Assembly: GCA_965242865.1 (NCBI GenBank)
Contig: CBDETK010000013.1
Location: 3,040,001-3,104,000, forward strand
Length of the DNA: 64,000 nt
From: Candidatus Latescibacterota bacterium
GTDB lineage: Bacteria > Latescibacterota > UBA2968 > UBA8231
Reading direction: 5' to 3'
The position numbers were made by a program, and so were the translations under genes. Under the pieces are notes generated by a model, which saw nothing but the letters and a program-made list of their open reading frames with translations, had not been told where the DNA came from and did not search any database. Shown in pieces: positions 20,971 through 31,370 of the stretch; positions within the stretch are counted from its first letter, which is position 1, and each line of letters begins with the position of its first letter.

Positions 20971-23900
20971 TGCGGTTGTAGGTCTTGGTAGATTTGGTCG
21001 TAGTAGCGCCGGAGCACGGCTCGGTACTCCTCGGGATAGGGACCGGCGAGGGCTTCGCGCAACGCGTCGCGCCACAGGTCGGGCGGCTGCCCGCGATCGG
21101 TGGGCAGGGTGGTTGGGCCGGCGTAGGGCGGGGTGGTGCCGGCGATGCTGCGCCGCTTTTCTTCAAAGCCGCGGCTGTGGATGGAGCGGCTGGCATCGAG
21201 CATGCGCTGATAAAGGCGCTCCTGATTTTGCCGCGTGCGCTGGGTGAGCCGCCCCCGCTGCAAATCGGCCAGTACGTCCTCCATTTCCTTCTGGATGGTT
21301 CGCACCCGCTGTTGCGCCCCTCGGTGCCCGCGCAGCGAGCGGGCGATCTCCCCGAGGGCCTGCATGAGACCCTGCTGTTGGGTGCTGAGACGGGCAATTT
21401 GCTGCTGGAGTGCAGGGCCTGACATCTGGCCGAGGGCCTGCTCGGATGCTTGGTTGAGCTGGCTCTGCTGCTCGGAGAGGCCGAGCAACTGCTGCATGGC
21501 CTCGGCAAAGGCCGAAGGGGTCTGGGCTTTGGCGAGGTTGTCGAGGCTCTCGCGCAGAAGTAGAACGGTCTCGTTGAGATAGCGCATGGCCTTTTGCTGG
21601 GGATTGCGCGCCCCCTGCGCGTCGCGCTGGCCGAGGCGTTGGGCTGCGTCGTGCATCTGGCGCAGGGCATAGCCGATGGTCGCGCTCAAGTCCGGGGCCA
21701 AGGCCAAGGTGCGTCGGCCCACGGCCGCGACGCGCTCCACGACCTGACTGGTGCCTTGCAGGAGCGCGAATTGCTCTTGCGCGCTGGCCTCGGCAAGCAG
21801 GCGCTCTTGGCGTTGGGATAGCTCGGCGAGGTCGCGCAGGGCGCGGCGCAGGGCGCGGCTGAGCTGGTCCTTTTCTGCGGCGAGGTACTCGTCTTGAAGC
21901 TGCTGCAAGTCCTCGGCCAGCGAGTCGAGGTCGGCGGCCAAAGCCTGCCCGGTCTGCTGGGCCGCGTCTGGGGATTGGGCGCGTAGCTGGCGCACCATCT
22001 GGCGCATCCGCTCGGCGAGGGCCGCGCGCTCGATGTGCTCGGCGCGGCGCGCTAGCTGCTCGGCAAACGCGGGCTTTTGCTCGGTTGTAGCGGCACTCAG
22101 CTGCTGGAGCTGCTCGGCGAGCCGCTCGGTGTCGCGCTGCAAACTGCCTTCCTGTAGCTGCTGGCGCAGGCCGCTCTGGCCGGCCGCGAGCTCGCGGTTG
22201 ATCTGGCTCTGGCGGCGGGCGAGCTCGGCGGCTTGCTCGACAATGGCGCGCAGCTGCTGCTCGGTCCGCACCTGTTCGAGGAGGGCAATGGTGCGGTCGA
22301 GCCGCTGCTGGAAGGCTTGCTGGTCTTGGCTAAAGCGCTTGAGGGCGTCGGCGAGGGCTTGGGGGTCTGGATCGCTGGCGGCTTTTTGCAGGTCGGCGAG
22401 GGCCTGCTGCATTTCGGGGGTGGCGATGTCGCCCATGAGCTCGCGGATGTGGTCGAGCTTGTCGAGCAGTTGCTCGGCAGCCGTGCCCTCGGCCTGCATG
22501 GAATCAATGGTTTTCTCCAATTCGGCCGCCAGCTCCTCCACGGCGCGGGCGCGCTCGGCCTCGGCTTCGAGCGTCGCTTCGAGCTCCTTCTTTTGTTCCC
22601 AGCTCAGCTCCTCGCTTTTGAGCAACTCGCGGCGCACCCGCTCGATGTACTCCTGATGGGCCTGTCCACCAGCCGCCAGTTCCGCCAAGGAGGATAGCTG
22701 TTCGCCTTGGGCTTGGTCGGCCTCTGAGTAGAGTTCGTACAGGGAGGGAAAGCGCAGCACGTACTGGCGGCTCTGCCCTTTTTGCGGGCCGGATACTTGG
22801 TTGTTGTCGAGGGCCTCTAGGTGGTACAAGATGCGGTCTTCGGGCAAGAGGGTGGCGGCTGACAGGTTCCAGACGTGGCTGACGCGCACCTCGCGCTGGG
22901 GATTGATGGGCAGGGTTTGGCGCTGTTCGGGGCCGTCGTTGACTCGATAGACTAAGGCTACTTCCTCGACGGAAAAGTCGTCGCTGGCCTCGGCTTTGAG
23001 CAGCACCTTGAGGGACTCGGGTAGGTCGCTGTCGTGGCCGGGTTCGACGAGGGCGACGGCCGGCTTTTGGTCTTGGCGCACTTGGATGGCGTAGCGGATG
23101 GGGTCGCGGTTGGTCGCCCCTTGGCGATCGACGAGGGCGATGTGGTACGCCCCCGCACGCTCGATTTGGCAGGCGACGCGGGCGACCGCGCCGTCGAGTT
23201 GGGCCGAGAGGGTGTCGTCGTCGAGGACCAAGGAAGCCTTCGAGAGGGCCTTGTTGGCCGCGATTTCCAAGGCGACGCGGGTGCCGAGCAGGCCCTGTAT
23301 GTCGCCGCCGTCCTCTTCGATGCGGTCGGGCAGCCGGCTGTACGCAGGATACTGGTAGTGTAGGCGCATGTGCTGGACCGCCGGTGGATCGATGACGCGC
23401 ACCTCGTATTCGGGCGAGCGGTCGTCGCCGACCGCAATGGCGTAGCGGAAGGGCCGCTGCACTCGGGGAAAGGTGTACGCGACCGAGTCCGCGCGGTCGA
23501 CCACCAGTTCTTCGCTCTGGTAGGGTGCTGCTGGGCTCGCACGGCGCACGATGTGTGCGCGGCGCGGCTTGTGGCCAGCAAAATGCACGTGCAGGGTGGC
23601 GTCTTCGCCCTTGACGACTTCGAGGTCGCCGGGGTCAACGGTGATCCGGGTGCGCGGGGGCCGCTCGTACGCGGTGAGGGGATGGGCGCAACGCTGGGCG
23701 GCCGCGGCGAGGCTATCGCCCCCCAACGCACCGCACAGGAGCGCGACGCCACTTATCCCGCCGAGCAGGCGCAGGTGGGCGTAGAGCGGCCGATAGTCGA
23801 GGATTTGCGCTGGCTTGGCGGCGCGCAACAGCGCCGTGGCTCGTTCCCGCGCGGCCGCAAGCAGGGCCGGCGAGTGCAGGGCGGGGTCGGCATCGGATAG

Positions 23901-24218
23901 CTCTAGCGCGCTAATTAGCCGCTGCTGGAGCGGGGGGCAGCGCCTTTCGACGAAGAGGGCAAAGCGGTGCCACGAGAGGACAACGGGCAAGCGCCGCTTG
24001 AGGGCAACCGCCAGCACCCCCCCGGTACTCAACAAGGCCAACAGGCCCACGCCCACGCGCCAAGGCGGCGACAGAAAGAACAGGGCTTCGAGCAACACCC
24101 ACAGCAGGCCGAGGCCCAACCCGACCGCGAGGGCGAGAGCGACCCCAGAACCGAGGGCGAGGGCGAGGGCGCGGCGGCGGAGGGGGGCGAGCAGGGCGGT
24201 GACGTGCGTTGCTCCCAT
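20958..24218 (-). CDS. DUF4175-family membrane protein with long coiled coil
   Basis: Two N-terminal TM helices, Ig-like middle (YPAYS, ASDDFSV, EALDN), Gln-rich coiled coil; RBS AAAGGAA before MGATH. Confidence 0.8.
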   Translation of the reverse strand: MGATHVTALLAPLRRRALALALGSGVALALAVGLGLGLLWVLLEALFFLSPPWRVGVGLLALLSTGGVLAVALKRRLPVVLSWHRFALFVERRCPPLQQRLISALELSDADPALHSPALLAAARERATALLRAAKPAQILDYRPLYAHLRLLGGISGVALLCGALGGDSLAAAAQRCAHPLTAYERPPRTRITVDPGDLEVVKGEDATLHVHFAGHKPRRAHIVRRASPAAPYQSEELVVDRADSVAYTFPRVQRPFRYAIAVGDDRSPEYEVRVIDPPAVQHMRLHYQYPAYSRLPDRIEEDGGDIQGLLGTRVALEIAANKALSKASLVLDDDTLSAQLDGAVARVACQIERAGAYHIALVDRQGATNRDPIRYAIQVRQDQKPAVALVEPGHDSDLPESLKVLLKAEASDDFSVEEVALVYRVNDGPEQRQTLPINPQREVRVSHVWNLSAATLLPEDRILYHLEALDNNQVSGPQKGQSRQYVLRFPSLYELYSEADQAQGEQLSSLAELAAGGQAHQEYIERVRRELLKSEELSWEQKKELEATLEAEAERARAVEELAAELEKTIDSMQAEGTAAEQLLDKLDHIRELMGDIATPEMQQALADLQKAASDPDPQALADALKRFSQDQQAFQQRLDRTIALLEQVRTEQQLRAIVEQAAELARRQSQINRELAAGQSGLRQQLQEGSLQRDTERLAEQLQQLSAATTEQKPAFAEQLARRAEHIERAALAERMRQMVRQLRAQSPDAAQQTGQALAADLDSLAEDLQQLQDEYLAAEKDQLSRALRRALRDLAELSQRQERLLAEASAQEQFALLQGTSQVVERVAAVGRRTLALAPDLSATIGYALRQMHDAAQRLGQRDAQGARNPQQKAMRYLNETVLLLRESLDNLAKAQTPSAFAEAMQQLLGLSEQQSQLNQASEQALGQMSGPALQQQIARLSTQQQGLMQALGEIARSLRGHRGAQQRVRTIQKEMEDVLADLQRGRLTQRTRQNQERLYQRMLDASRSIHSRGFEEKRRSIAGTTPPYAGPTTLPTDRGQPPDLWRDALREALAGPYPEEYRAVLRRYYDQIYQDLQPHDAP

Positions 24219-24287
24219 ATCGGTTCCTTTCTTTGAGGCTGCTCGGTAGAATTTCCAAGACCGCCCTAGGCAAGTCAACAGCCGCCG

Positions 24288-26237
24288 CTACCAGATCATC
24301 ACTGCGTTGCCGCTCTCGCCGGCCCAGTAGTCAATGGCGTACCAGAGGCCGGCCGTGACGAACTGGCCGAGAATCAGCCCCATGAAGAAGGGCCGGGTCT
24401 TTAAGTAGAGCACCGGGCCGCCGTAGCGGAGGACGAGGCCCTTGCAGAGCCAAGCGAGGAAGACGCTGAAAAACATGGTGCCGAAAACCGCGCTGATGGG
24501 AAACCCCAACGGATGGAAGGGCCACCAAAACAGGTGTTGCCGCGCCGCGAGCAAAAGCCCCATGACCCCGGCGCCGAAGGCGGTGTAGAGCCAGTTTTGC
24601 CAGTGCGGCCCATCGAGGGCTTGCAGGCGGGCGGCCGCATTGTCAAAGGGATAGCGCGCCGCGCTGCCAAAGAAGAACGGATCGGTATTGATCCCACCGT
24701 AGCGGTAGCCCAAGTCGAGGATGGCCCAGATCGAGCTGCCGAGGGCGACGAAAATGGCGAGGAGCATGGCCCAGAAGATGAGGCGACGCCCCTTTTTTAT
24801 GGTCTCTTCGGCCAGCTTGAGGCCGTTGGCGCAGGAGGCCATGACAAAGGTGAGGATGTCGCTGGCCCATACATACGTAAAGGCGAGGGCGGTGACGCCG
24901 GACGCGCCAATGGTGCGGGTGCCGAGGCCGGCCGCGACAAAGTCCGAGGCGATCATGGGCGCGAAGATAAAGGCCAACCCCCCTTCGGCCACTACGCGGG
25001 TGATGCCGATGAAGAGCACAAAGGCGAAGAACAGATAGATGGGAGTGACCCAAGCCGGCAGGCCCGATTGCCACAGCCAGACGCCCATAAAGGCGAGGCT
25101 ACTAGCCAACATCAATAAAGCGGCCCGGTAGGAGAGAATTTCTTTGGAGTCGTCGATGTCCGGCGCGGCAAAAATGGCCTTGCGCGCCACGTCGCGCAGG
25201 TGGCGGCGGGCGGTCCACAGGCCGAAGAGCACCAGGGCGATGACCGCGCCAAACCCTTGGTGGACGATGATGGAGCCGGTGTACGTGCTGTACGCGCCGA
25301 GCACCGGGTCGATTTTCTGTACCCCGAAGATGTTGAAAATGCCCTGTTGAACGGTGTTGAGCAGGTAGAAGAAGCACAAGCCAAAGGCGATGTCGCGGTT
25401 GACGAAGTAGGAAAAACCGAGCATCTGAAAGCTCAGGCGGAGCGGGATGTGGATGCTGTCGCGGAAGAGCGGAATCGAGTGATCGAGGCTGATGCGGGGG
25501 AAGTACGGAAAGTAGTGATGCAGCCCGTTGGCACTCTGGACGATGGCGGGGATGGCAAAGCCGACCCACAGCAGCGGGTTTTTGAAAAAGGCGTTGAGCA
25601 CCCCCGGGCGGGCGTCGTCGTCTTGGAGCATGGCAATCGGCAGCTGGACCAGCGGAAACACCAAGCGCTCGTTTTCGATCCACTGCTTGCGCAGCACCAC
25701 CATCAGGGAAATCATCGCCAAGTAGAGGGCCAGCACAAAGGGCAGCCAAAACGCCAGCGGCGGCAGCCACAATTCCCAAGGGATGCCCGTGCCTTGGGGC
25801 GCCCCTTCGTAGAAGTTTTTGATTTGGTCGAAATCGCGATGGGGGATGAGCCAGTCTGGGATGAGCGGATGGAGCAGCTCGGCCCAGTTGTTTTCGGGCG
25901 TGGCATAGTAGATGACGCTGGTAATATCGGGCAACAGGAAGGCGGTAAGCCCCCACTCGGGGATGGCGGTGGCGACGATCCACATGATGTAAATCAGGGC
26001 CAGCTCGGCCCGGCTCAGCATCCAAGCGCGACGCACCAGGCCCAGCAGGGTGTTGACGACAAAGACTAGGGCGAAGAAGAGGATGATGGCCGCGGGCGTG
26101 TTGAAGTACGAGGCGATCCGGGAGCCGTGCAGCACCATGTTGCAATACGGAACGCCGGCGCCAATGGCCCAAGCCCCGGCCGCGCCGACGAGGAGGGCGC
26201 GGAGGCCGAGCCGCTGGGAAGTGGGGGATGGCGGCAT
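24288..26237 (-). CDS. DUF6785/DUF6784 multi-pass membrane protein
   Basis: LRKQWIENERLVFPL, WWPFHPLG, LRYGG..Y...PFFMGLILG; many TM segments. Confidence 0.8.
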   Translation of the reverse strand: MPPSPTSQRLGLRALLVGAAGAWAIGAGVPYCNMVLHGSRIASYFNTPAAIILFFALVFVVNTLLGLVRRAWMLSRAELALIYIMWIVATAIPEWGLTAFLLPDITSVIYYATPENNWAELLHPLIPDWLIPHRDFDQIKNFYEGAPQGTGIPWELWLPPLAFWLPFVLALYLAMISLMVVLRKQWIENERLVFPLVQLPIAMLQDDDARPGVLNAFFKNPLLWVGFAIPAIVQSANGLHHYFPYFPRISLDHSIPLFRDSIHIPLRLSFQMLGFSYFVNRDIAFGLCFFYLLNTVQQGIFNIFGVQKIDPVLGAYSTYTGSIIVHQGFGAVIALVLFGLWTARRHLRDVARKAIFAAPDIDDSKEILSYRAALLMLASSLAFMGVWLWQSGLPAWVTPIYLFFAFVLFIGITRVVAEGGLAFIFAPMIASDFVAAGLGTRTIGASGVTALAFTYVWASDILTFVMASCANGLKLAEETIKKGRRLIFWAMLLAIFVALGSSIWAILDLGYRYGGINTDPFFFGSAARYPFDNAAARLQALDGPHWQNWLYTAFGAGVMGLLLAARQHLFWWPFHPLGFPISAVFGTMFFSVFLAWLCKGLVLRYGGPVLYLKTRPFFMGLILGQFVTAGLWYAIDYWAGESGNAVMIW

Positions 26238-26346
26238 ATAGCAGCCCTAAATGACTTGAAAGCACGGAATGTTCATCGGTACTGTCTTTTTGCCTAGGAG
26301 AAGTCATTCCCGCGAAAGCGGGAATCCAGTCTTAAAAAGGGTGCTG
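26237..26346. mobile_element. MITE-like element, degenerate copy (inverted relative to 47176-47289)
   Basis: TATAGCAGCCCTAAATGAC end plus internal GTCATTCCCGCGAAAGCGGGAATCCAG hairpin. Confidence 0.7.
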
Positions 26347-29300
26347 TCAGTACGCCACCCCGATTAGGCGCGTCTCGCTGGTGTGGGACGCAGAAGCCGC
26401 ATCGACCTCGGCCGCTATCTTGCAAAGGTACGTCCCCGGCGGCACGAGGTGCCCGTCGTCGCCGCGGCCATCCCACGTGAAGACCTGTTCCCCAAAGCCC
26501 TGCCGACGCCCGCTCCACACGGGATGGCCGGCCAAGTCAAAGACGCGCACCCAGATGGTGCGCTCGGCGTTGAGGTTGCCGAGCGCGAAGCGGATGTGGG
26601 CGCGGTCGTTGGTGCCGTCGCCATTGGGGGTAAACGGGTTGGGCGCGATGGCAACGCCCTGCACGACCCGGTTGGACAAGGGCACGGAGATGCTCAGGGC
26701 GGTGCCGGGCGTCAGAAGCGTGGCGTCGCCCGGATCGACCTGCTGGTAGGTGTCGGGAAAGGCCGAATCGCGGATGGCGGCATCTACGGTGGTGCCGTTG
26801 AGCAGCACCGAGGCGCGGAAGCGCACCCGCACCAACTCGCCGACGGCCGCGATGGACCCGCGCTGGCGCCGAGGCAGGGCGTTGTACGCGGCTTGGTTCA
26901 AGGGATTCCCCTGGCGGTCAAACGGAAATTCGCCGCCCTTGCCGATCAGCCGGCGAAAGTAGCGAATCTCGCCTTGCAGCGAATCGGCCAAGCTCCGATA
27001 GGCGAATTCCTCTACGGCTTCGATGTCGCGGCCCCCCCGAGCAAAGTAGAGGATGTCGCCCTGCTCCTCGACCGGCAGGCCGAGATAGGTTAGCTCGTTG
27101 AGGACGCGACCGTCGCCGTCAACGGGCACCTGTTCGCCCTCTTCGGTCACGACTCGGTAATAGGTGCGGGTGTCGTCGTCGGCCGCCTGCAAGGCCACCT
27201 TTTCGGGCAGGAGCAACCGCAGGGGGGTGCCTGGGGCCGCCGGGAAGATCTGTAGGGAATCGCCCGTGGCCGCGTCGATGAGCACGTCCGCGCTCGCGCC
27301 CGCAGCGGAAAAGAGGCGGCGGGGTTGGTCGCGGGCCAAATCCTCCTCCCGGCCGAGTGCCACATCGGCGATGGTGAGTGCCTCTATGGGGGCGGCGTCG
27401 AGCAAGATTTCGTCAAAGCGCCGGCTGGGCGGCCCCCCGGGCTGGTGCTCTACAAAGGTCGGTTTGAGATAGAGCGCGAACTCGCGCACGGTGCGCGGTT
27501 CGACCGTATTGGGCCAGATCTCAGCCACCGTCCGGTGGGCTACCGGGGGCAGAAATTCCACGGCAATAGAGCGCAGGCTGGCCGCGGCGGCGGGCGAAGT
27601 GGAAAGCAGCCGCGCTTGGAGTTGCAAGAAGCGGCGCGGGCTGGGGGAGGTCACGAACTGGCCCGAGCGGGTGTAGCGCTGGCTCCAGCTGGTCCAGCCG
27701 CCGCCGGGTTGCAGCCGATTCACCACCGGCCCCTTAAAGCTGGTCGGCAGGTTTGCGTAATCGGTTTCGGTTTTGCGGTCGCCGCCGTTGCCGTAGTACT
27801 CGACGATCTCCACGAGGCGGTCGCCGGTGCGCGTACGGATCTGGACATCGACCTGTGCTGAGTCCGGTAGGTCGGCTTCCCATTCAATGCGGCCGAGAAT
27901 GACCGAGCCGGGCAGCTCGATCATCGGCGAGGTGAGCGTGACCTCCGAGGGGTAGCCCTCGCCGAACAACTGCACCTCACGGATGCGGTCGCCGGTGTTG
28001 TACCCGCCGGCGCGGCCCGCTTGGCTGGTGTATATCTGGCTGGTGAGGTAGCGCACCGGCTCTAGTTGTTCAAACTCGCTCTCCACAGTGCCGCCGGTTT
28101 GGCGGTGCATCTCGCGCCACTTTAGGCTGCCGTTGGAATCCCGGGTGCCGTCGGAGATGCGGACGACCATTTCATCGACGCCGCTGATGTCGCCGACCAT
28201 GCGGAAGTAGTTGAGCCAGAAGCGCGCCCCCAAGTCAACAGTCATAATGCCGCGGTCTTCAAAGCGCGGGTCGGGCGACCAGACGAATTGGAGGAAGTTG
28301 CTCTCGTAGCGACCATCGAACCCGGGCAGGCCGCCGAAGGTGCCGGTCAGCTCGACGCTGCCGCCGCCGTTGATGACGTCGAGGGCGATGTTGTCGCCTT
28401 GGGTGAACACCTCTATGGCTGCGAGGCGGGGCCGCTCGCGCCGGTAGTGGATGAGGCGACCGCGCCGCTGGGGATCGACGTCCTCGTATATGCTGCGGGC
28501 CACCTTGGTCTCCGTGCCGGCCGCGTTGACGATGTGGTAGTCAATGCCGCCTTGCTCGTCGAGCGGCAGGGCCGCGAACTCGGCTTCGGGCACGACCGCG
28601 AACTTGTCCAGCTTGCTGTCCGTAACCGCGATGCGGAGGATGTGGAGCTGCTGGTACGCGCCTTCGTCGTCCGGGTCGAGGTTGAACTCCACCGAGGTTT
28701 GGTGTTCGACCGGGGCAATGGTGCGGTCTATGAGCGATAAATCCGCCCCCCGCGCGTCCGAGGATGTTCCGAGCAAGCGCACTTGGCGGAAAGGCTCGCC
28801 CGCGCTGGGGTCGAGGAAGCGCAGCACCACCTTGGCGACCGGCACTAGCCGGCCCAAGTCGATATCGACCGTCCAATTTTCGAGCGAGTGGCTGTGGTAT
28901 TCCACGCGGCGATCCCCCAAGGCGGCCGCGGTGTATGCGGCCTCATCGGCCCGCCGCTCTACGCCATCGTCGCCTTTGACGATAAAGTAAATCGGCCCCT
29001 TGACCGCCGGCGCGAGGTCGTCGTACTCGGCGCGGGAGACCAAGGTGCTGGGCTCCCAGTAGGTCGTCGGGTCCCCGTCGAGAATGGCCGTGGCCGTTTC
29101 GATGCGGGTGCCGGCGTGGCGGATGCCGCCGTGATAGTAATACCAGATAACCGGATCGCCGACCTCGATGTTTTTCTTTTTGTTGGCCTTTAGATAGACG
29201 ATCGGCACCCCGGCCACCGTGGCCTTGGCCGGGCGGATGTTGAGGGGTATGGGGCGGTCGGCGCGGTTTAATTCCTTAACCAGCTTGTCGTACGCACTCT

Positions 29301-29556
29301 GATTGCCGATCAAGGTCTGAAAGCGGTCGAGGTCGCGGATGGCGTCGGTCGCTTGGCCGATGCGGCGCGGCGTGAGGGTGTGGGTTTGGCGATCGATGTA
29401 GATGGCGTGTTTGGGCCGCGTCCAGTGTTCCCATTGCGCGGCGCGGTTGATGGTCACGCCAGCGGCGGTTAGCTCAAAACCTTCCTGTGCTTCGGCTGGG
29501 TGCAAGAAAAGGAGCAACGGCAGGCTCCAGCGTAGGGGGGTGCGTTGGCTGATCAT
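26347..29556 (-). CDS. Large secreted protein with C-terminal FlgD-Ig domain
   Basis: Signal peptide; DGDPTTYW, IDLG motifs; C-terminal PNPFTPNGDG...WDGR...VPPGTY; start reassigned to MISQR. Confidence 0.78.
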   Translation of the reverse strand: MISQRTPLRWSLPLLLFLHPAEAQEGFELTAAGVTINRAAQWEHWTRPKHAIYIDRQTHTLTPRRIGQATDAIRDLDRFQTLIGNQSAYDKLVKELNRADRPIPLNIRPAKATVAGVPIVYLKANKKKNIEVGDPVIWYYYHGGIRHAGTRIETATAILDGDPTTYWEPSTLVSRAEYDDLAPAVKGPIYFIVKGDDGVERRADEAAYTAAALGDRRVEYHSHSLENWTVDIDLGRLVPVAKVVLRFLDPSAGEPFRQVRLLGTSSDARGADLSLIDRTIAPVEHQTSVEFNLDPDDEGAYQQLHILRIAVTDSKLDKFAVVPEAEFAALPLDEQGGIDYHIVNAAGTETKVARSIYEDVDPQRRGRLIHYRRERPRLAAIEVFTQGDNIALDVINGGGSVELTGTFGGLPGFDGRYESNFLQFVWSPDPRFEDRGIMTVDLGARFWLNYFRMVGDISGVDEMVVRISDGTRDSNGSLKWREMHRQTGGTVESEFEQLEPVRYLTSQIYTSQAGRAGGYNTGDRIREVQLFGEGYPSEVTLTSPMIELPGSVILGRIEWEADLPDSAQVDVQIRTRTGDRLVEIVEYYGNGGDRKTETDYANLPTSFKGPVVNRLQPGGGWTSWSQRYTRSGQFVTSPSPRRFLQLQARLLSTSPAAAASLRSIAVEFLPPVAHRTVAEIWPNTVEPRTVREFALYLKPTFVEHQPGGPPSRRFDEILLDAAPIEALTIADVALGREEDLARDQPRRLFSAAGASADVLIDAATGDSLQIFPAAPGTPLRLLLPEKVALQAADDDTRTYYRVVTEEGEQVPVDGDGRVLNELTYLGLPVEEQGDILYFARGGRDIEAVEEFAYRSLADSLQGEIRYFRRLIGKGGEFPFDRQGNPLNQAAYNALPRRQRGSIAAVGELVRVRFRASVLLNGTTVDAAIRDSAFPDTYQQVDPGDATLLTPGTALSISVPLSNRVVQGVAIAPNPFTPNGDGTNDRAHIRFALGNLNAERTIWVRVFDLAGHPVWSGRRQGFGEQVFTWDGRGDDGHLVPPGTYLCKIAAEVDAASASHTSETRLIGVAY

Positions 29557-29573
29557 GAATTTGCTCCAAGGGT

Positions 29574-31325
29574 TCACTCGCGCGGTAGCGGTACTAGGCT
29601 GGCTAGCAGCGAATCGGGCAGAGCGGCCGCGAGTTGCTCGGGGGAGATGTCGATTTCGTCGCGGTATGTTGCTCGCAACGACGCAATCCATTGGTCAAAG
29701 CGCGCTCGTTCGGCCTGCTGCACGAGGGCCGCTCGCGCCCGTTGTCGCGCCTGCGGTGCCGGCTCGGGCTGGGCCGGCTCGCGGCGGACCACCGCGAATA
29801 AGGCAAATCCCTCGCGGGTTTGCACCGGGCCGGTTAGGACGCCGACCTCGGCGGCTTGCAGGGCGCGCCAGAGCTGGGGGTACGGGACGCTGTTGTAGCG
29901 GTGCATGCAGACGAGGCCATCGGCGCGCCGCGGGCGCAACGGGAAGCCGCGCGCTTTGGCTAGGGCGGCCAAATCCTCTTGGCCGGTCAAGGAGTCTTTG
30001 AGTTGCTGCGCCGCTGGCCGGCTGGGCGCGATCAACTCGTCAAAGCAGATAGACTCCGGGATGGTGAATCGCGCGGGATGCGCGGCGATATAGCACTCGA
30101 CATCGGCTGGGGCGACGGCGACCGAGTCGCTTACGTGGCGTTGGTACGCGGCTTTGAGCAGCCATTCTTCGTCGGCTTTGGCCAGATGCGCGGCCGCCTC
30201 TTGCTCTTGGTGGTAGCCGGCCTTTTCGGCCGCCGTGGCCAACGCGAGCTCCGGCAAGATGGCGCGGCGCGCAAAGGCCGCAACGGTCGCGCTGTCTTGC
30301 CGCGCTTCGGGCCGCGTCACCTGATGCTTGTGCAGCATTTCGCGGTATTCTTCGGTGGAAACCTGACCGCCCTCGTAGGTGAACAAGGGCGCATTCGCTT
30401 GCGTTGGCAGGGCGGCGAGGCCCGACGCAGTCATGGCCCAGCCCAATTCATAGGCGAGGAGCTCGACCTGCTGCCGCTCGACTTCCCGCCTTTTGGCTTT
30501 GGCCAGCTCGCGGGCGAGCAAGTCCCGATAGCTATCGACCTCTACTTGGCGCTCCTCCACAAAGCGCACCAAGTGAAAGCGCCGGCCCAAGGGCAACGGC
30601 TCGGATACGACGCCGGTCGGCTGGTGATCAAAGACGACTTCTGGCACTCCGAGGCGGCTGGCCATGGAGCGATTGACAAAGCCGATGCGCCCGCGCTGGG
30701 CCGCGGCGCGGGGGTCGAGCGTGTGTTGGGCCGAGAGCTCGGCAAAGGAAGCCCCGGCTGCGAGTTGGTGCGCGATTGCTTGGGCTTCGGCCTTGGTTTG
30801 GACCAAAATGGCCGTCATAAGGCGCTCGCGTCCAAGGCCCTGCTCGGCAAAAAAGCGGTCAATGTCCGCGTCCGCAACGCGCGTTTCGGGGTGCAGGTCG
30901 CGCTTTCGGTAGAGGTTCGCCAGATAGGCGCGCCGCTGGAGCAGCCGCGCAACCCGCACGGCCGGCTCGCGGTCCAGGCCCATTTCGCGGGCTTGGCGCA
31001 GCATGAGTTGGCGGTCGATCAAGGTCTGCAAGTAGGATTGTCGCGCCGCTTGCCCCTGTTGGGTCGGGCGCAGCCCAGGCAGCACGTTCGCGGCAAATTG
31101 GCGCAACTGCACGGCCGTGATGGGCACATCGCCGACCCGCGCTACCGGCGGTGCGTCTGGCCGACTGCATGCAAGCGATAAAATTAGGGCCGCCACGCTT
31201 ACGCTTAGGATCGTCCAGCGGGTTTTGTTTGTGTGAGGCTGGAAGATCAACGTCGCCGCGCACGCGAGCACCTCTCCTAGTGCCGTTTCGATTTCTCGAC
31301 CTAATGAGGTACGTTCCGTTGTCAC
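29574..31325 (-). CDS. PpiC/PrsA-type peptidyl-prolyl isomerase lipoprotein (two rotamase domains)
   Basis: Lipobox SLAC; GASFAELSAQHTLD...GRIGF; VSEP; second domain GPVQTREGF; N-terminus looks foreign. Confidence 0.75.
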   Translation of the reverse strand: MTTERTSLGREIETALGEVLACAATLIFQPHTNKTRWTILSVSVAALILSLACSRPDAPPVARVGDVPITAVQLRQFAANVLPGLRPTQQGQAARQSYLQTLIDRQLMLRQAREMGLDREPAVRVARLLQRRAYLANLYRKRDLHPETRVADADIDRFFAEQGLGRERLMTAILVQTKAEAQAIAHQLAAGASFAELSAQHTLDPRAAAQRGRIGFVNRSMASRLGVPEVVFDHQPTGVVSEPLPLGRRFHLVRFVEERQVEVDSYRDLLARELAKAKRREVERQQVELLAYELGWAMTASGLAALPTQANAPLFTYEGGQVSTEEYREMLHKHQVTRPEARQDSATVAAFARRAILPELALATAAEKAGYHQEQEAAAHLAKADEEWLLKAAYQRHVSDSVAVAPADVECYIAAHPARFTIPESICFDELIAPSRPAAQQLKDSLTGQEDLAALAKARGFPLRPRRADGLVCMHRYNSVPYPQLWRALQAAEVGVLTGPVQTREGFALFAVVRREPAQPEPAPQARQRARAALVQQAERARFDQWIASLRATYRDEIDISPEQLAAALPDSLLASLVPLPRE

Positions 31326-31370
31326 TCGGATTTCTCCTCTTCCTTGATCTCTGCCACCAATTCTCTCGCG

